A DNA stretch of 64,000 bases from a virus (lineage: Duplodnaviria > Caudoviricetes). This document shows, piece after piece, positions 6,033 to 14,757 of the stretch; position 1 is the first letter of the stretch; each line of letters opens with the position of its first letter. Under the pieces are notes generated by a model, which saw nothing but the letters and a program-made list of their open reading frames with translations, made no database searches and was not told the DNA's origin. Location of the stretch: the IMG/VR virus record IMGVR_UViG_3300032007_000009; one strand, 5' to 3'. The position numbers were made by a program, and so were the translations under genes.

Positions 6033-6686
6033 ATGAGAAAATCATTTTTGACATTTATTATTGGTTTGATGTTATGTTTTTCTTTAAGTTCATGTAATTC
6101 TTGTAGTAAGCAAGCTACAGAACCTATTAAAGATTCAACAGAAGTCATTGCACCAGTAAAAGCTGATTTAGTAGTTGAAAATCTTGTATCTACAGATCGT
6201 CAGGATATGTACATGAATTATGCTAAAGATTATCGTTGGTTTGAAACATGTATTGTTCTTAAGGATTTCTTGGATGAAGATTGTGACGGTACAGTAACTG
6301 GTGTATCTAACATTTTCCAAGCTGTTGTAGAAAAGGATAATGGTGCAGATGTTTTTGTAGTTATGTATACTCATACACCTGATACATCAGCAGTAGAAAA
6401 AGTTCATTCATTCTGGGTAGAAGATATGCCAATGGAGAATGAGGCTATTAAGTTAACATTTAAGGAAGCATTTGATAGAGTTATGCAAGCTAATGCTCCA
6501 AAGCCACATTCAAAACATGTTGTATTACGTAAAGAACTTGGACCAGTTAATTGTAATCCACAGTATATTTTTGGAAATCAACGTGCTCAACTTTATGTAG
6601 ATGCAGTAACTGGAGATGTTAGAACAGATAATCCAGTATTCCCAAAAGATAAGGGATTTAAAATGCCATTAGGTGAATGGCCTTAA
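6033..6686 (+). CDS. Putative lipoprotein, unknown function
   Basis: Signal peptide with lipobox LSSC; 217-aa ORF embedded in the tRNA array. Confidence 0.75.
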   Translation: MRKSFLTFIIGLMLCFSLSSCNSCSKQATEPIKDSTEVIAPVKADLVVENLVSTDRQDMYMNYAKDYRWFETCIVLKDFLDEDCDGTVTGVSNIFQAVVEKDNGADVFVVMYTHTPDTSAVEKVHSFWVEDMPMENEAIKLTFKEAFDRVMQANAPKPHSKHVVLRKELGPVNCNPQYIFGNQRAQLYVDAVTGDVRTDNPVFPKDKGFKMPLGEWP

Positions 6687-6726
6687 TTTAAATAAGGTTG
6701 GAAGTAATCCTTAAAACTTCCAATAT

Positions 6727-6798
6727 GGGGTCATCATATAGTGGCTATTATGCCAGCTTTGCAAGCTGGTCACCTGGTTTCGACTACCAGTGGCTCCA
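6727..6798 (+). tRNA. tRNA-Ala(TGC)
   Basis: G3-U70, CCAGC-TTTGCAA-GCTGG. Confidence 0.88.
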
Positions 6799-7008
6799 CA
6801 CGTATAAGTACCGTATATGAGATAATGTCGCTATATAGGGGTATAGTTTACAAAAGTTAAGTACTGGAAAGATGCTGATTTGATAGACATCCTAAAGTGA
6901 GATGCACATCATCAGGTTCCTCTGAATGGGTGATTAAATTCACAAACAGTAAGTAATCTTAACCCATATATTGGCAACTGTGCGTCAAATATTTTTATAT
7001 AGAGATAT

Positions 7009-7109
7009 AACAAACTTTGTTGTATTACAGAGATACTTCATATTTATTTATTGTTTGTTTGATTTTTATTTTTAGAAAAGATTCTTTGTAAAATTGTTAC
7101 AAGTTTGTT
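7009..7109 (+). ncRNA. Free-standing Y-RNA-like module with U-rich loop
   Basis: AACAAACT-T-TGT/ACA-AGTTTGTT, TGTA/AATTGTT loop, TTACAGAGA/TCTTTGTAA helix, TACTTCA. Confidence 0.6.
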
Positions 7110-7116
7110 TTAATAT

Positions 7117-7187
7117 TGGGCTATAGTATAATGGCAGTACACAAGATTTTGGTCCTTGTAGTGGCAGTTCGAATCTGCCTAGCCCAA
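7117..7187 (+). tRNA. tRNA-Gln(TTG)
   Basis: U1-A72, loop TTTTGGT. Confidence 0.88.
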
Positions 7188-7541
7188 CTAAAACTTATGT
7201 GAACGGATCATGACACTGGTTACCGTTTTTGCAGTCTGTAGGTATACATACAGATGAGGTTATCGGAGAAGAATGAAGGAACCGAAGGTTAGTAAAGTTT
7301 TAGAACACCTGACTTCACCAGAATAAGTTTTTTAAAATATATAGCGAGAACAGGCCTCTGAGTAGGAACTGGGGTAAGTCTAATAAGTACACCGGTCAAT
7401 TTTATTAGATGTAGTTCGGAGTTAATAATTACTGTCAGCCCAGTGAAAGGAGTTGAGTTTCGTGAGAGCTCATAAGGTGCAACGCAACAGAAATTCGTAT
7501 AGGTCTTTCAGTCCGTAGCTCGCAAATTTTCTCGCTAATAT

Positions 7542-7621
7542 ACGGAAGTGCCGCAGTGGTCGACCGGACTTGTCTCCAAAACAAGAATTATACGTCGTGG
7601 GTTCGAATCCTACCTTCCGTG
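7542..7621 (+). tRNA. tRNA-Trp(CCA)
   Basis: CTTGT-CTCCAAA-ACAAG, G73. Confidence 0.88.
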
Positions 7622-7629
7622 CAAAACCA

Positions 7630-7860
7630 GGGATCAGAGTTAAACGGACATTGTTTACTACTTGTTAATATGTTTGGCAACTTGCGGCATGGTGCAAAAC
7701 GCGTTTGTATTTCATAGATCGCAGAAGGTTAGATCAAAATGAGGCAGAGTTAAGATAATTGTTTTTAGGTATGAACGTGATACCGAGTTTTTGATTAAGT
7801 AAGAAATAACACTCGGAGATTAAACCGAGAGATATTGGGTTCGACTCCCAGTTGATTCCA
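7630..7860 (+). ncRNA. Short tmRNA-like RNA
   Basis: GGGATCA/TGATTCC-A (G3-U70, A73), stemless D loop ending GAC, TTCGACT T-loop, ~190-nt internal region; smpB encoded in window; tag frame not identified. Confidence 0.6.
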
Positions 7861-7974
7861 CAAATAAATTTTTTGTACCAACATATTGAATTTTTTATTA
7901 AAAAATTCTATTATTAAATTAATAACAGTACCGGATTTACTTCCTAATTTGAATTATAGTTGTCCGGTCATTTT

Positions 7975-8045
7975 GGTCCATTGGTATAGAGATTGTGCCG
8001 CTGCTTCTAACACAGCTGAGGTGGGTTTGAGTCCTACATGGATCA
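7975..8045 (+). tRNA. Probable amber suppressor tRNA (CTA anticodon)
   Basis: GGTCCAT/ATGGATC-A; GCTG(C)-TTCTAAC-(A)CAGC centres CTA at 8007-8009; the Arg(TCT) register pairs poorly. Confidence 0.65.
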
Positions 8046-8163
8046 CCTTTTTGGAGGAGAACATGGTATGAAATCCATGCAGTCCGACTTTGAAGGCTGA
8101 AGCTTTGAACGTTATTGAAGCCCTCTTTATTTTTATTTTATAACAAATTAAATTAATTAAATT

Positions 8164-8205
8164 ATGAAACAGTTTTGGTAGATTGCTGATTTAGGTTTTC
8201 CGTAA
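8164..8205 (+). CDS. Putative leader peptide MKQFW(amber)IADLGFP
   Basis: AT-rich start context; TAG at codon 6; ends Phe-Pro-TAA; followed by repeated TGTTCAA/TTGAAA-type pairing elements (TTGAAC). Confidence 0.4.
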
Positions 8206-8321
8206 ATTAAATGTATTTATTATTATGTTCAAAGTTTTCTTTGTGTTCAAAAATTTTGAACGGTTATATTTTATTGAACACCTTTTAGTTAAATTAAATA
8301 AATACATTAAATATTATAATT

Positions 8322-8771
8322 ATGGAAAATAAAGAATTAAGAAATGCATTAGTTAATGCAATTAAGAACGAGTTAAAAGATTTCACTCAAATTCAAAAGA
8401 ATTTAAAGAAGTCACGTAAATTAGAATTTCGTCCAAAGGACAAAAGCTTACAAGAAATTGTAGACGAAATTGATAGAAATGCAAGCAAAATTTCTACACT
8501 TATTTTTCATTATCGTTGGATTAGACACGGTCTTAAATATTGGAACAATAGAGATGTGCATTCATTTAAAGAGTATTATTTAAGTGATACATTTAATAAC
8601 AATTACTGGGGAGACTATTGGGATAAGGAAATCCTTTATGGTAGTAATAAAGGTAAAACACATGGTCAAATTATTACTGAACATGCAAAGAATTTCTTTA
8701 TCACAAAATGCAATGAATATGGTATTGAAATTTCAGAAAACAATGTCAATTATTTAATGCAAAATATTTAA
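8322..8771 (+). CDS. Hypothetical phage protein
   Basis: ORF track, operon context. Confidence 0.7.
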   Translation: MENKELRNALVNAIKNELKDFTQIQKNLKKSRKLEFRPKDKSLQEIVDEIDRNASKISTLIFHYRWIRHGLKYWNNRDVHSFKEYYLSDTFNNNYWGDYWDKEILYGSNKGKTHGQIITEHAKNFFITKCNEYGIEISENNVNYLMQNI

Positions 8772-8774
8772 GTT

Positions 8775-8996
8775 ATGGAACTTACTTACAAGATATTAAT
8801 TCAGAATGAAAAACAAGCACAAGATCTTATTAACGAATGGGATAATGATCAATGGAGACATTTTCTTCGATTAAAAGATTTTGAAAAATATCCTGCATTA
8901 GTATGTTATTATGATGATGAAAATGATTATTCAATGTCATATTCTGCTACTGTTTATTATTCTATAACTTATTTAGACGATTTTAAAAATTTATAA
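8775..8996 (+). CDS. Hypothetical protein
   Basis: Tightly packed ORF. Confidence 0.65.
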   Translation: MELTYKILIQNEKQAQDLINEWDNDQWRHFLRLKDFEKYPALVCYYDDENDYSMSYSATVYYSITYLDDFKNL

Positions 8997-8998
8997 TT

Positions 8999-9373
8999 AT
9001 GAAATTTACAAAAGAAGAACTTAAACAATTTATTTGGGATAATAGTAAGTTTAATTATATTTGTAAGAATATTTGTAAAGAACTTAGTCGATGGGATGAT
9101 TCTTTTAAATTTTCTGATGAATTTATAATGGAAGATAAAAAAGTAAGATGTGAAGGTGATGAATATTGGTCTTATGGTGGACATGAACATTACAGAAATC
9201 ATTTTGATATAGAATTACTTACTTATTCTAAAGATGAATTAAAAAAATATGTTGATAAAAAAATTGCTGAACGAGATGCTAAACTTAAAAAAGAAAACGA
9301 AATTAAGGAAGCATATCGTAAAGAACAAGAACTTAAAGAATTAAAAAGACTTAAAGATAAATATGAAAAATAA
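8999..9373 (+). CDS. Hypothetical protein
   Basis: Tightly packed ORF, C-terminal ELKRLKDKY motif. Confidence 0.7.
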   Translation: MKFTKEELKQFIWDNSKFNYICKNICKELSRWDDSFKFSDEFIMEDKKVRCEGDEYWSYGGHEHYRNHFDIELLTYSKDELKKYVDKKIAERDAKLKKENEIKEAYRKEQELKELKRLKDKYEK

Positions 9374-9701
9374 ACTTTATATATTAATTGATAAAAATTT
9401 AGATTCAATTTATGGATCAGTACAAGGTGGTCATGCAGTTGCTGAATGGTTGCTTGAAAATTGGTAGTTATTAAAAAATGGAGATCCATCTTGGGAATGG
9501 AATAATGATTATCTTATTTATTTATCAGTTGACATAAATAAATGGTATGAAACACTTGCCCCATATTATCCTTCTAAATTTAAATGGGCTGTTTTTAGAG
9601 AACCAGATTTAGATAATAGAATAACATCAATTGCAATTTATGAAAATGATTTTCCGGAAAATATAAAAAGAAAATTAAAAAATGAGGGGTTACTTAAATA
9701 A
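9363..9701 (+). CDS. Pth2-like peptidyl-tRNA hydrolase with in-frame TAG (9465-9467)
   Basis: Manual translation: MKNKLYILIDKNLDSIYGSVQGGHAVAEWLLENW*LLKNGDPSWEWNNDYLIYL...FREPDLDNRITSIAI...GLLK; QxGHA and FREPDL..ITxIA motifs on either side of the TAG. Confidence 0.75.
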
Positions 9702-9709
9702 CCCCTTTT
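9685..9709 (+). terminator. Intrinsic terminator
   Basis: AGGGGTTA-CTTAAA-TAACCCCT followed by T tract. Confidence 0.7.
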
Positions 9710-9778
9710 ATATTTATAAATTTTATTTTATAACTATATTATTATTTTAATATAAATATAATTAATAAATAAGTAACT

Positions 9779-11572
9779 ATGAAAAAATTTATTTTAATTA
9801 TTATTTGTTCATTAATGTTATGTTTTTCTGGATGTTTGAAACATGATTTAGGGGAAAACACAGATATTAATACAAAAGAACACGCAGAAAATGTATTTAA
9901 TGTAGTTTTTGATAAAAATCAAGACTGGTGTACAACAACTAATAGTCAATTAACTATTTATGTTAATTCAAATGATGATAATATTAGTAAAGTACAAATT
10001 CTTACATCAAATATTACTGATTCAGTAAATACTATAAAATTACTTAATGAAGCAAATGTAAAAAATGGTGATGTAATTAATTTAACATATGATGTTCCAA
10101 TTAATCATAGTAATTTATTTGTTGCATTTATTAATAAAGACGGTAATTATTTTTATAGACCATTTACTTTAGGAGATGCAACAGTATATTATGATAAATC
10201 TAATCAGACTCGTGGTGAGATCATTGGTTGGAAACCAAGTTATCCAATTCCTTCAATTACTCCTGTAATTAATGGAACTATAAAAACATATGCAAATGAA
10301 AGAAATTGGTTACCAGGAGAAGTATTTTATAATTTTGATTATCAAACTACTAATAATGGAACATATGATAATGATTTTGCAATAACATTTAGAACTGTTA
10401 TATTTAATTATTTCCCAAATGGTCGTAAATATGATAATCTTCCACAAATTAAGAAATCTGGATATTATAACGAATCAGTATATCCTATTACAACAGGAAA
10501 TGAACCAATTGTAATATCACCAGTTTATAAAAATGATGGTGGATATCATGAAATTTCTGAAGCTGAACTTTATTATTATTACTTTAAAGGTAATCCTTCA
10601 GTAGAAGAAATAGAAGCTTTACCTAAATATAAAGCAATTGATTTAAGTAAAGTATATACAAATAATGAAAATGATAAAGTTGAAAAGAAGCCTTCTTATG
10701 TATTAGCATTCTTTGGTGATGGTAAACCTGAAATAGGAACAGTTGGTTCTTATAAATTTGATCCTGGTTATAAAATTGGTTTTGTTTATAAGTCTAATTC
10801 AACTGCTGATAATGGTAAAAAACAAGGAGAAGTATATGGAGATGGTCGTTTAAATTATAATATTAACAATTATGGTAATTTTAAATCATCTAAATTAGGA
10901 GATACAGAACCACGTATGGCTTGGATGTCAGTTAATAAAAAAATGTTCTTATGTGTTGAATCTGGTACTGATAAAGATTTTAATGATTTAATTCTTGAAG
11001 TTGAAGGTGGTATTGAACCAATTATTATTAACCCAGATGATCCAGAATATAATGATTATGTATTTTTATTTGAAGATCATAATCTTGGTGATTATGATAT
11101 GAATGATGTTGTTATCAAAGGTAATAGAATAAATGAAACAACAGTAAAATGGACCTTAATGGCTTGTGGTGCTCATGATGATCTTTATATTCATAATATT
11201 AATGGAAATGTAATCAATAAATATATTGAAGTACATGATTTATTTGGTAAGCCAAAAGGAGTATTTATTAATACACAAATAAATGGTACAAACACTAATT
11301 ATATAATTGATGTTGTAAAGGTTAATAAAAATTTCAGTTTCTTAGATGCATCAACACAACCTTATATTATTGATACCACAGAACCTGCAACAATTAAAAT
11401 AGCTACAGTTGGACAAGATCCACACGCTATAATGATACCTTATGATTTTAAATGGCCATTAGAACAAATATGTATTAAATATGCATATCCGCAATTTAAT
11501 ACATGGGGTGCAAATAAAATAACTTTTACTGATTGGTACAAATATCCTGAATCTGATAAAATTAAAAATTAA
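9779..11572 (+). CDS. Lipoprotein with LruC/DUF4842-like C-terminal domain
   Basis: Lipobox FSGC; DKDFNDL and FEDHNLGDYDMNDVV motifs, FKWPLEQICIKYAYPQF..W. Confidence 0.8.
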   Translation: MKKFILIIICSLMLCFSGCLKHDLGENTDINTKEHAENVFNVVFDKNQDWCTTTNSQLTIYVNSNDDNISKVQILTSNITDSVNTIKLLNEANVKNGDVINLTYDVPINHSNLFVAFINKDGNYFYRPFTLGDATVYYDKSNQTRGEIIGWKPSYPIPSITPVINGTIKTYANERNWLPGEVFYNFDYQTTNNGTYDNDFAITFRTVIFNYFPNGRKYDNLPQIKKSGYYNESVYPITTGNEPIVISPVYKNDGGYHEISEAELYYYYFKGNPSVEEIEALPKYKAIDLSKVYTNNENDKVEKKPSYVLAFFGDGKPEIGTVGSYKFDPGYKIGFVYKSNSTADNGKKQGEVYGDGRLNYNINNYGNFKSSKLGDTEPRMAWMSVNKKMFLCVESGTDKDFNDLILEVEGGIEPIIINPDDPEYNDYVFLFEDHNLGDYDMNDVVIKGNRINETTVKWTLMACGAHDDLYIHNINGNVINKYIEVHDLFGKPKGVFINTQINGTNTNYIIDVVKVNKNFSFLDASTQPYIIDTTEPATIKIATVGQDPHAIMIPYDFKWPLEQICIKYAYPQFNTWGANKITFTDWYKYPESDKIKN

Positions 11573-11589
11573 TATAAATAATTAAATTT

Positions 11590-11619
11590 AAATAAGGTAC
11601 TTCGGTACCTTATTTTTTT
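11590..11619 (+). terminator. Intrinsic terminator
   Basis: AAATAAGGTAC-TTCG-GTACCTTATTT plus T tract. Confidence 0.8.
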
Positions 11620-11693
11620 CTTAATATTTTTTATATTATATTTAAAAAAAAATAATTAAGTTACTATATTATATTTATAAAATTCAAACAAAT

Positions 11694-12032
11694 ATGAAGT
11701 ATTCAATAAATTTCAATTTTGCTGGTGTTAAAGAATTCAATGATGGTTGGCAACTTCTTTGGAATGCAAAATGGAATCAGGATGAAGCAGTTAAACAACG
11801 CAAAGAATTATATAAGAAATTGATTAAAGATTTGAAACCTCAGATGATATCAGATAATAGAAAGCCAAATAAAGGTAATATTTATTATTATGTGCATACT
11901 GAAGTTTATAAATTTTGGATGGAAAAAATTGATAATATTAACAATCGTTTAAGTGCAGATAATGCAGAATATAAGAAATATGAAACTATATTAAAAAATA
12001 ATGGAGATTGGTATTCACATTTTGATAAATAA
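11694..12032 (+). CDS. Hypothetical protein
   Basis: ORF track, ACTATATT motif upstream. Confidence 0.65.
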   Translation: MKYSINFNFAGVKEFNDGWQLLWNAKWNQDEAVKQRKELYKKLIKDLKPQMISDNRKPNKGNIYYYVHTEVYKFWMEKIDNINNRLSADNAEYKKYETILKNNGDWYSHFDK

Positions 12033-12390
12033 AATTATGATAAAATCAAGAGATATGCCCAATTAAATTTAATTGAATTTTATATATAATAAAAATATAA
12101 AAAACCAACGAAAGAGACGTAGTAACATCTTAGCCGAGCGGTTTTATCCAATAATGGTTTTTGGCAAGGCACAAACAAGTCCACGACTATGGCAAGAGAT
12201 TCCCCGATATTTTAGATAAATTTTTATAAAAATATTTAATAAATACTATGTTTATAATATATTTTTATTTATTTTTAATTAAATAAAGCATTAGTCGTTT
12301 TAGTGCAGAGGTTTATAATAAGACCTTTTGAAAGTTGTAACAGACTTAATTGCATTAAGACAAATATTATAAAAATATATTATAAATGCT

Positions 12391-13233
12391 ATGAATTTAC
12401 AAACTGAAAACACATTGGCTAAAATAGCCGTTAACAAATCTTTACTTAAAGAATTTGTTTCTAACAATCAAAGAATTGTCTATCTTAAAGATAATTCAGA
12501 ATTTCAAATCCAAATTTTTAATCCTTATACTTATACTATTGGAGCAGACATTTACATTAATGGAAGTAAAATGTCTAATAGAATAGTACTTAAACCAGGT
12601 GAACGTATTTGGTTAGAACGTTATCTTAATGAAGCACGTAAACTATTATTTAGTACTTATAAAGTAGAAAATACTTCTGAAGTAAAAGCAGCTATACAGA
12701 ATAATGGAGAAGTTAAATTAATGTTCTATAAAGAAACAGTTTATCGAGAACCGACATATATTTATACATCTCCTATTACAACATACTATAACAATTATAA
12801 TTATTGTGATAATAATTTAACTACAAAATGTATAGATATAAATAGTAGTATTAATTGTTCTGATTCTGTAACAACATTAGGATTAGGAGATACTGTACAA
12901 ACTACTGCAGCTGCAACATCCGCAGCATCATATTCTTCTACATGTAAAAGTTATAATTTAGATATTGAACGTAATGGGAATTTAAAATTAAAGAAGTCAT
13001 CAGACACAATAGAAACTGGAAGAATTGAAAAAGGAAATTATTCTTCTCAAAAATTTCAAAACATTAATATAAATTTTGATTATTGGTCATTTAAAACTGA
13101 AATTATTAAATTATTACCAATATCGCAGAAACCAATAACTAAAAATGATTTAAAAAAATTATATTGTTATAACTGTGGACATAAAGTAAATACTAAGTTT
13201 AAATACTGTCCATATTGTGGAACAAAGATCTAA
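12391..13233 (+). CDS. Hypothetical protein with C-terminal zinc ribbon
   Basis: CYNCG..KFKYCPYCG. Confidence 0.75.
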   Translation: MNLQTENTLAKIAVNKSLLKEFVSNNQRIVYLKDNSEFQIQIFNPYTYTIGADIYINGSKMSNRIVLKPGERIWLERYLNEARKLLFSTYKVENTSEVKAAIQNNGEVKLMFYKETVYREPTYIYTSPITTYYNNYNYCDNNLTTKCIDINSSINCSDSVTTLGLGDTVQTTAAATSAASYSSTCKSYNLDIERNGNLKLKKSSDTIETGRIEKGNYSSQKFQNININFDYWSFKTEIIKLLPISQKPITKNDLKKLYCYNCGHKVNTKFKYCPYCGTKI

Positions 13234-13262
13234 AGCATAATAATCCTCTTTAAATTACTTTT

Positions 13263-13320
13263 AAAACCCATAAAATTAGCATATAATAAAATTATATTAA
13301 AAACTAATTTTATGGGTTTT
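13263..13320. repeat. 17-bp inverted repeat element, homologous to 32671-32763
   Basis: AAAACCCATAAAATTAG...CTAATTTTATGGGTTTT between convergent genes. Confidence 0.75.
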
Positions 13321-13404
13321 GAAGATGAATAACCACTATCTATGAATGAATTTTACTATATTTTATCATAAAAAATATTTTACATATTATTCTTCTTGAT
13401 TTAA

Positions 13405-14712
13405 CTAAAATGTACAGTTTGAATTAATAGCTAATATTTTTGCTTTAGTTTCCTCATTTAATGATGTACATCCAGTAAATGCATCACCCTGTATGAAAGA
13501 TATTGAATTTGGTATATTTATTGATATTAATGATGTACAATTATAAAATGCTAACGAACCAATTGATACTACTGAATTACCTAATGTTACTGATGTTAAT
13601 CCAGTACATCCATTAAATGTATTATTATATATTGTTGTTACAGAATTAGGTATAATTATTGATGTTAATGATGCACAATGATAAAATGCCGCAGAACTAA
13701 TTGATAATAATGAATTACTTAATGTTACTGATGTTAATCCAGTACATCCATTAAATGCATTATTATCTATTGATATTACAGAATCTGGTATATTTATTGA
13801 TGTTAATGAAGTACAATTATTAAATGTGCCTGATTCAATTGATGTCACAGAATTACCTAATGTTACTGATGTTAATCCAGTACATCCATCAAATGCCGCA
13901 TAACCAATTGATGTTACAGAATTAGGTATGTTTATTGATGTTAATGATGTACATCCATTAAATGCACTATTACCTATTGATGATACTGAATTACCTAATG
14001 TTACTGATGTCAATGATGAACATCCTTGAAATGCATATTGTCCAATTGATGTTACAGAATTAGGTATGTTTATTGATGTTAATGATGAACATAATACAAA
14101 TGCAGAAGTTCCAATTGATAATAATGAATTACCTAATGTTACTGATGTTAATCCAGTGCATCTATTAAATGCGTTATCCCCAATCGATGTTACAGAATTA
14201 CCTAATTTTAATGTAGTAAGTTCTGTACACGCATTAAATACTGATGAACCAATTGTAGTTATTGAATCTGGTATGTTTATTTTTTTTAATCCACTACAAT
14301 TTAAAAATATATTACTCCCTAATGTTTTATATATATTAGGTATACTTGCACTTTTAATATATATATTCATTATTAATGGAGCATTATCACCTAATGTATC
14401 ATTATTAAACTTAATTTTTAAAATATGATCATTATTATCATTTATATCTTGTACCTTTAATGGTGATAAATAATTTTGTTCAACATCATCAAATAAAACT
14501 TTATTTATTACATCTGCACTATTATATGTTGTCCATAATGTTGTATTTCCATTATTTCCATTTGTATTAATTACACATATTAAATAATCTCCTTTATCAT
14601 AATATATATCACCATCCCCAATATTCATATAAATATTTGGACTTGCATATTCGTTTGTTCCATATATATTATATAAATTAGATTTTGATTGAAATTGTTT
14701 AATATATTTCAT
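13405..14712 (-). CDS. BspA-type leucine-rich repeat (LRR_5) protein
   Basis: Many 23-aa repeats LTSINIPNSVTSIGxxAFxGC. Confidence 0.92.
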   Translation of the reverse strand: MKYIKQFQSKSNLYNIYGTNEYASPNIYMNIGDGDIYYDKGDYLICVINTNGNNGNTTLWTTYNSADVINKVLFDDVEQNYLSPLKVQDINDNNDHILKIKFNNDTLGDNAPLIMNIYIKSASIPNIYKTLGSNIFLNCSGLKKINIPDSITTIGSSVFNACTELTTLKLGNSVTSIGDNAFNRCTGLTSVTLGNSLLSIGTSAFVLCSSLTSINIPNSVTSIGQYAFQGCSSLTSVTLGNSVSSIGNSAFNGCTSLTSINIPNSVTSIGYAAFDGCTGLTSVTLGNSVTSIESGTFNNCTSLTSINIPDSVISIDNNAFNGCTGLTSVTLSNSLLSISSAAFYHCASLTSIIIPNSVTTIYNNTFNGCTGLTSVTLGNSVVSIGSLAFYNCTSLISINIPNSISFIQGDAFTGCTSLNEETKAKILAINSNCTF

Positions 14713-14757
14713 ATTATTTATATTTATTTTATTTGTTTTAGATAAATTCTTATATAT

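Noticed and set aside
7975-8045. Reading as tRNA-Arg(TCT)
   Set aside because: That register gives two internal mismatches in the anticodon stem versus four contiguous pairs for CTA; not fully excluded
568-8071. ORF-track calls at 568, 831, 1036, 1863, 4580, 4864, 5526, 7886 and the 3273 extension
   Set aside because: They overlap tRNA or tRNA-like genes; they are artefacts of GC-richer RNA sequence
8053-8126. Theta (HDV-like) or hairpin ribozyme after the suppressor tRNA
   Set aside because: AGAA and GTC are present but the required helices could not be built
13405-14330. CRISPR-like tandem repeats
   Set aside because: These are 69-nt coding repeats of the LRR protein; no repeat-spacer array was seen in the window
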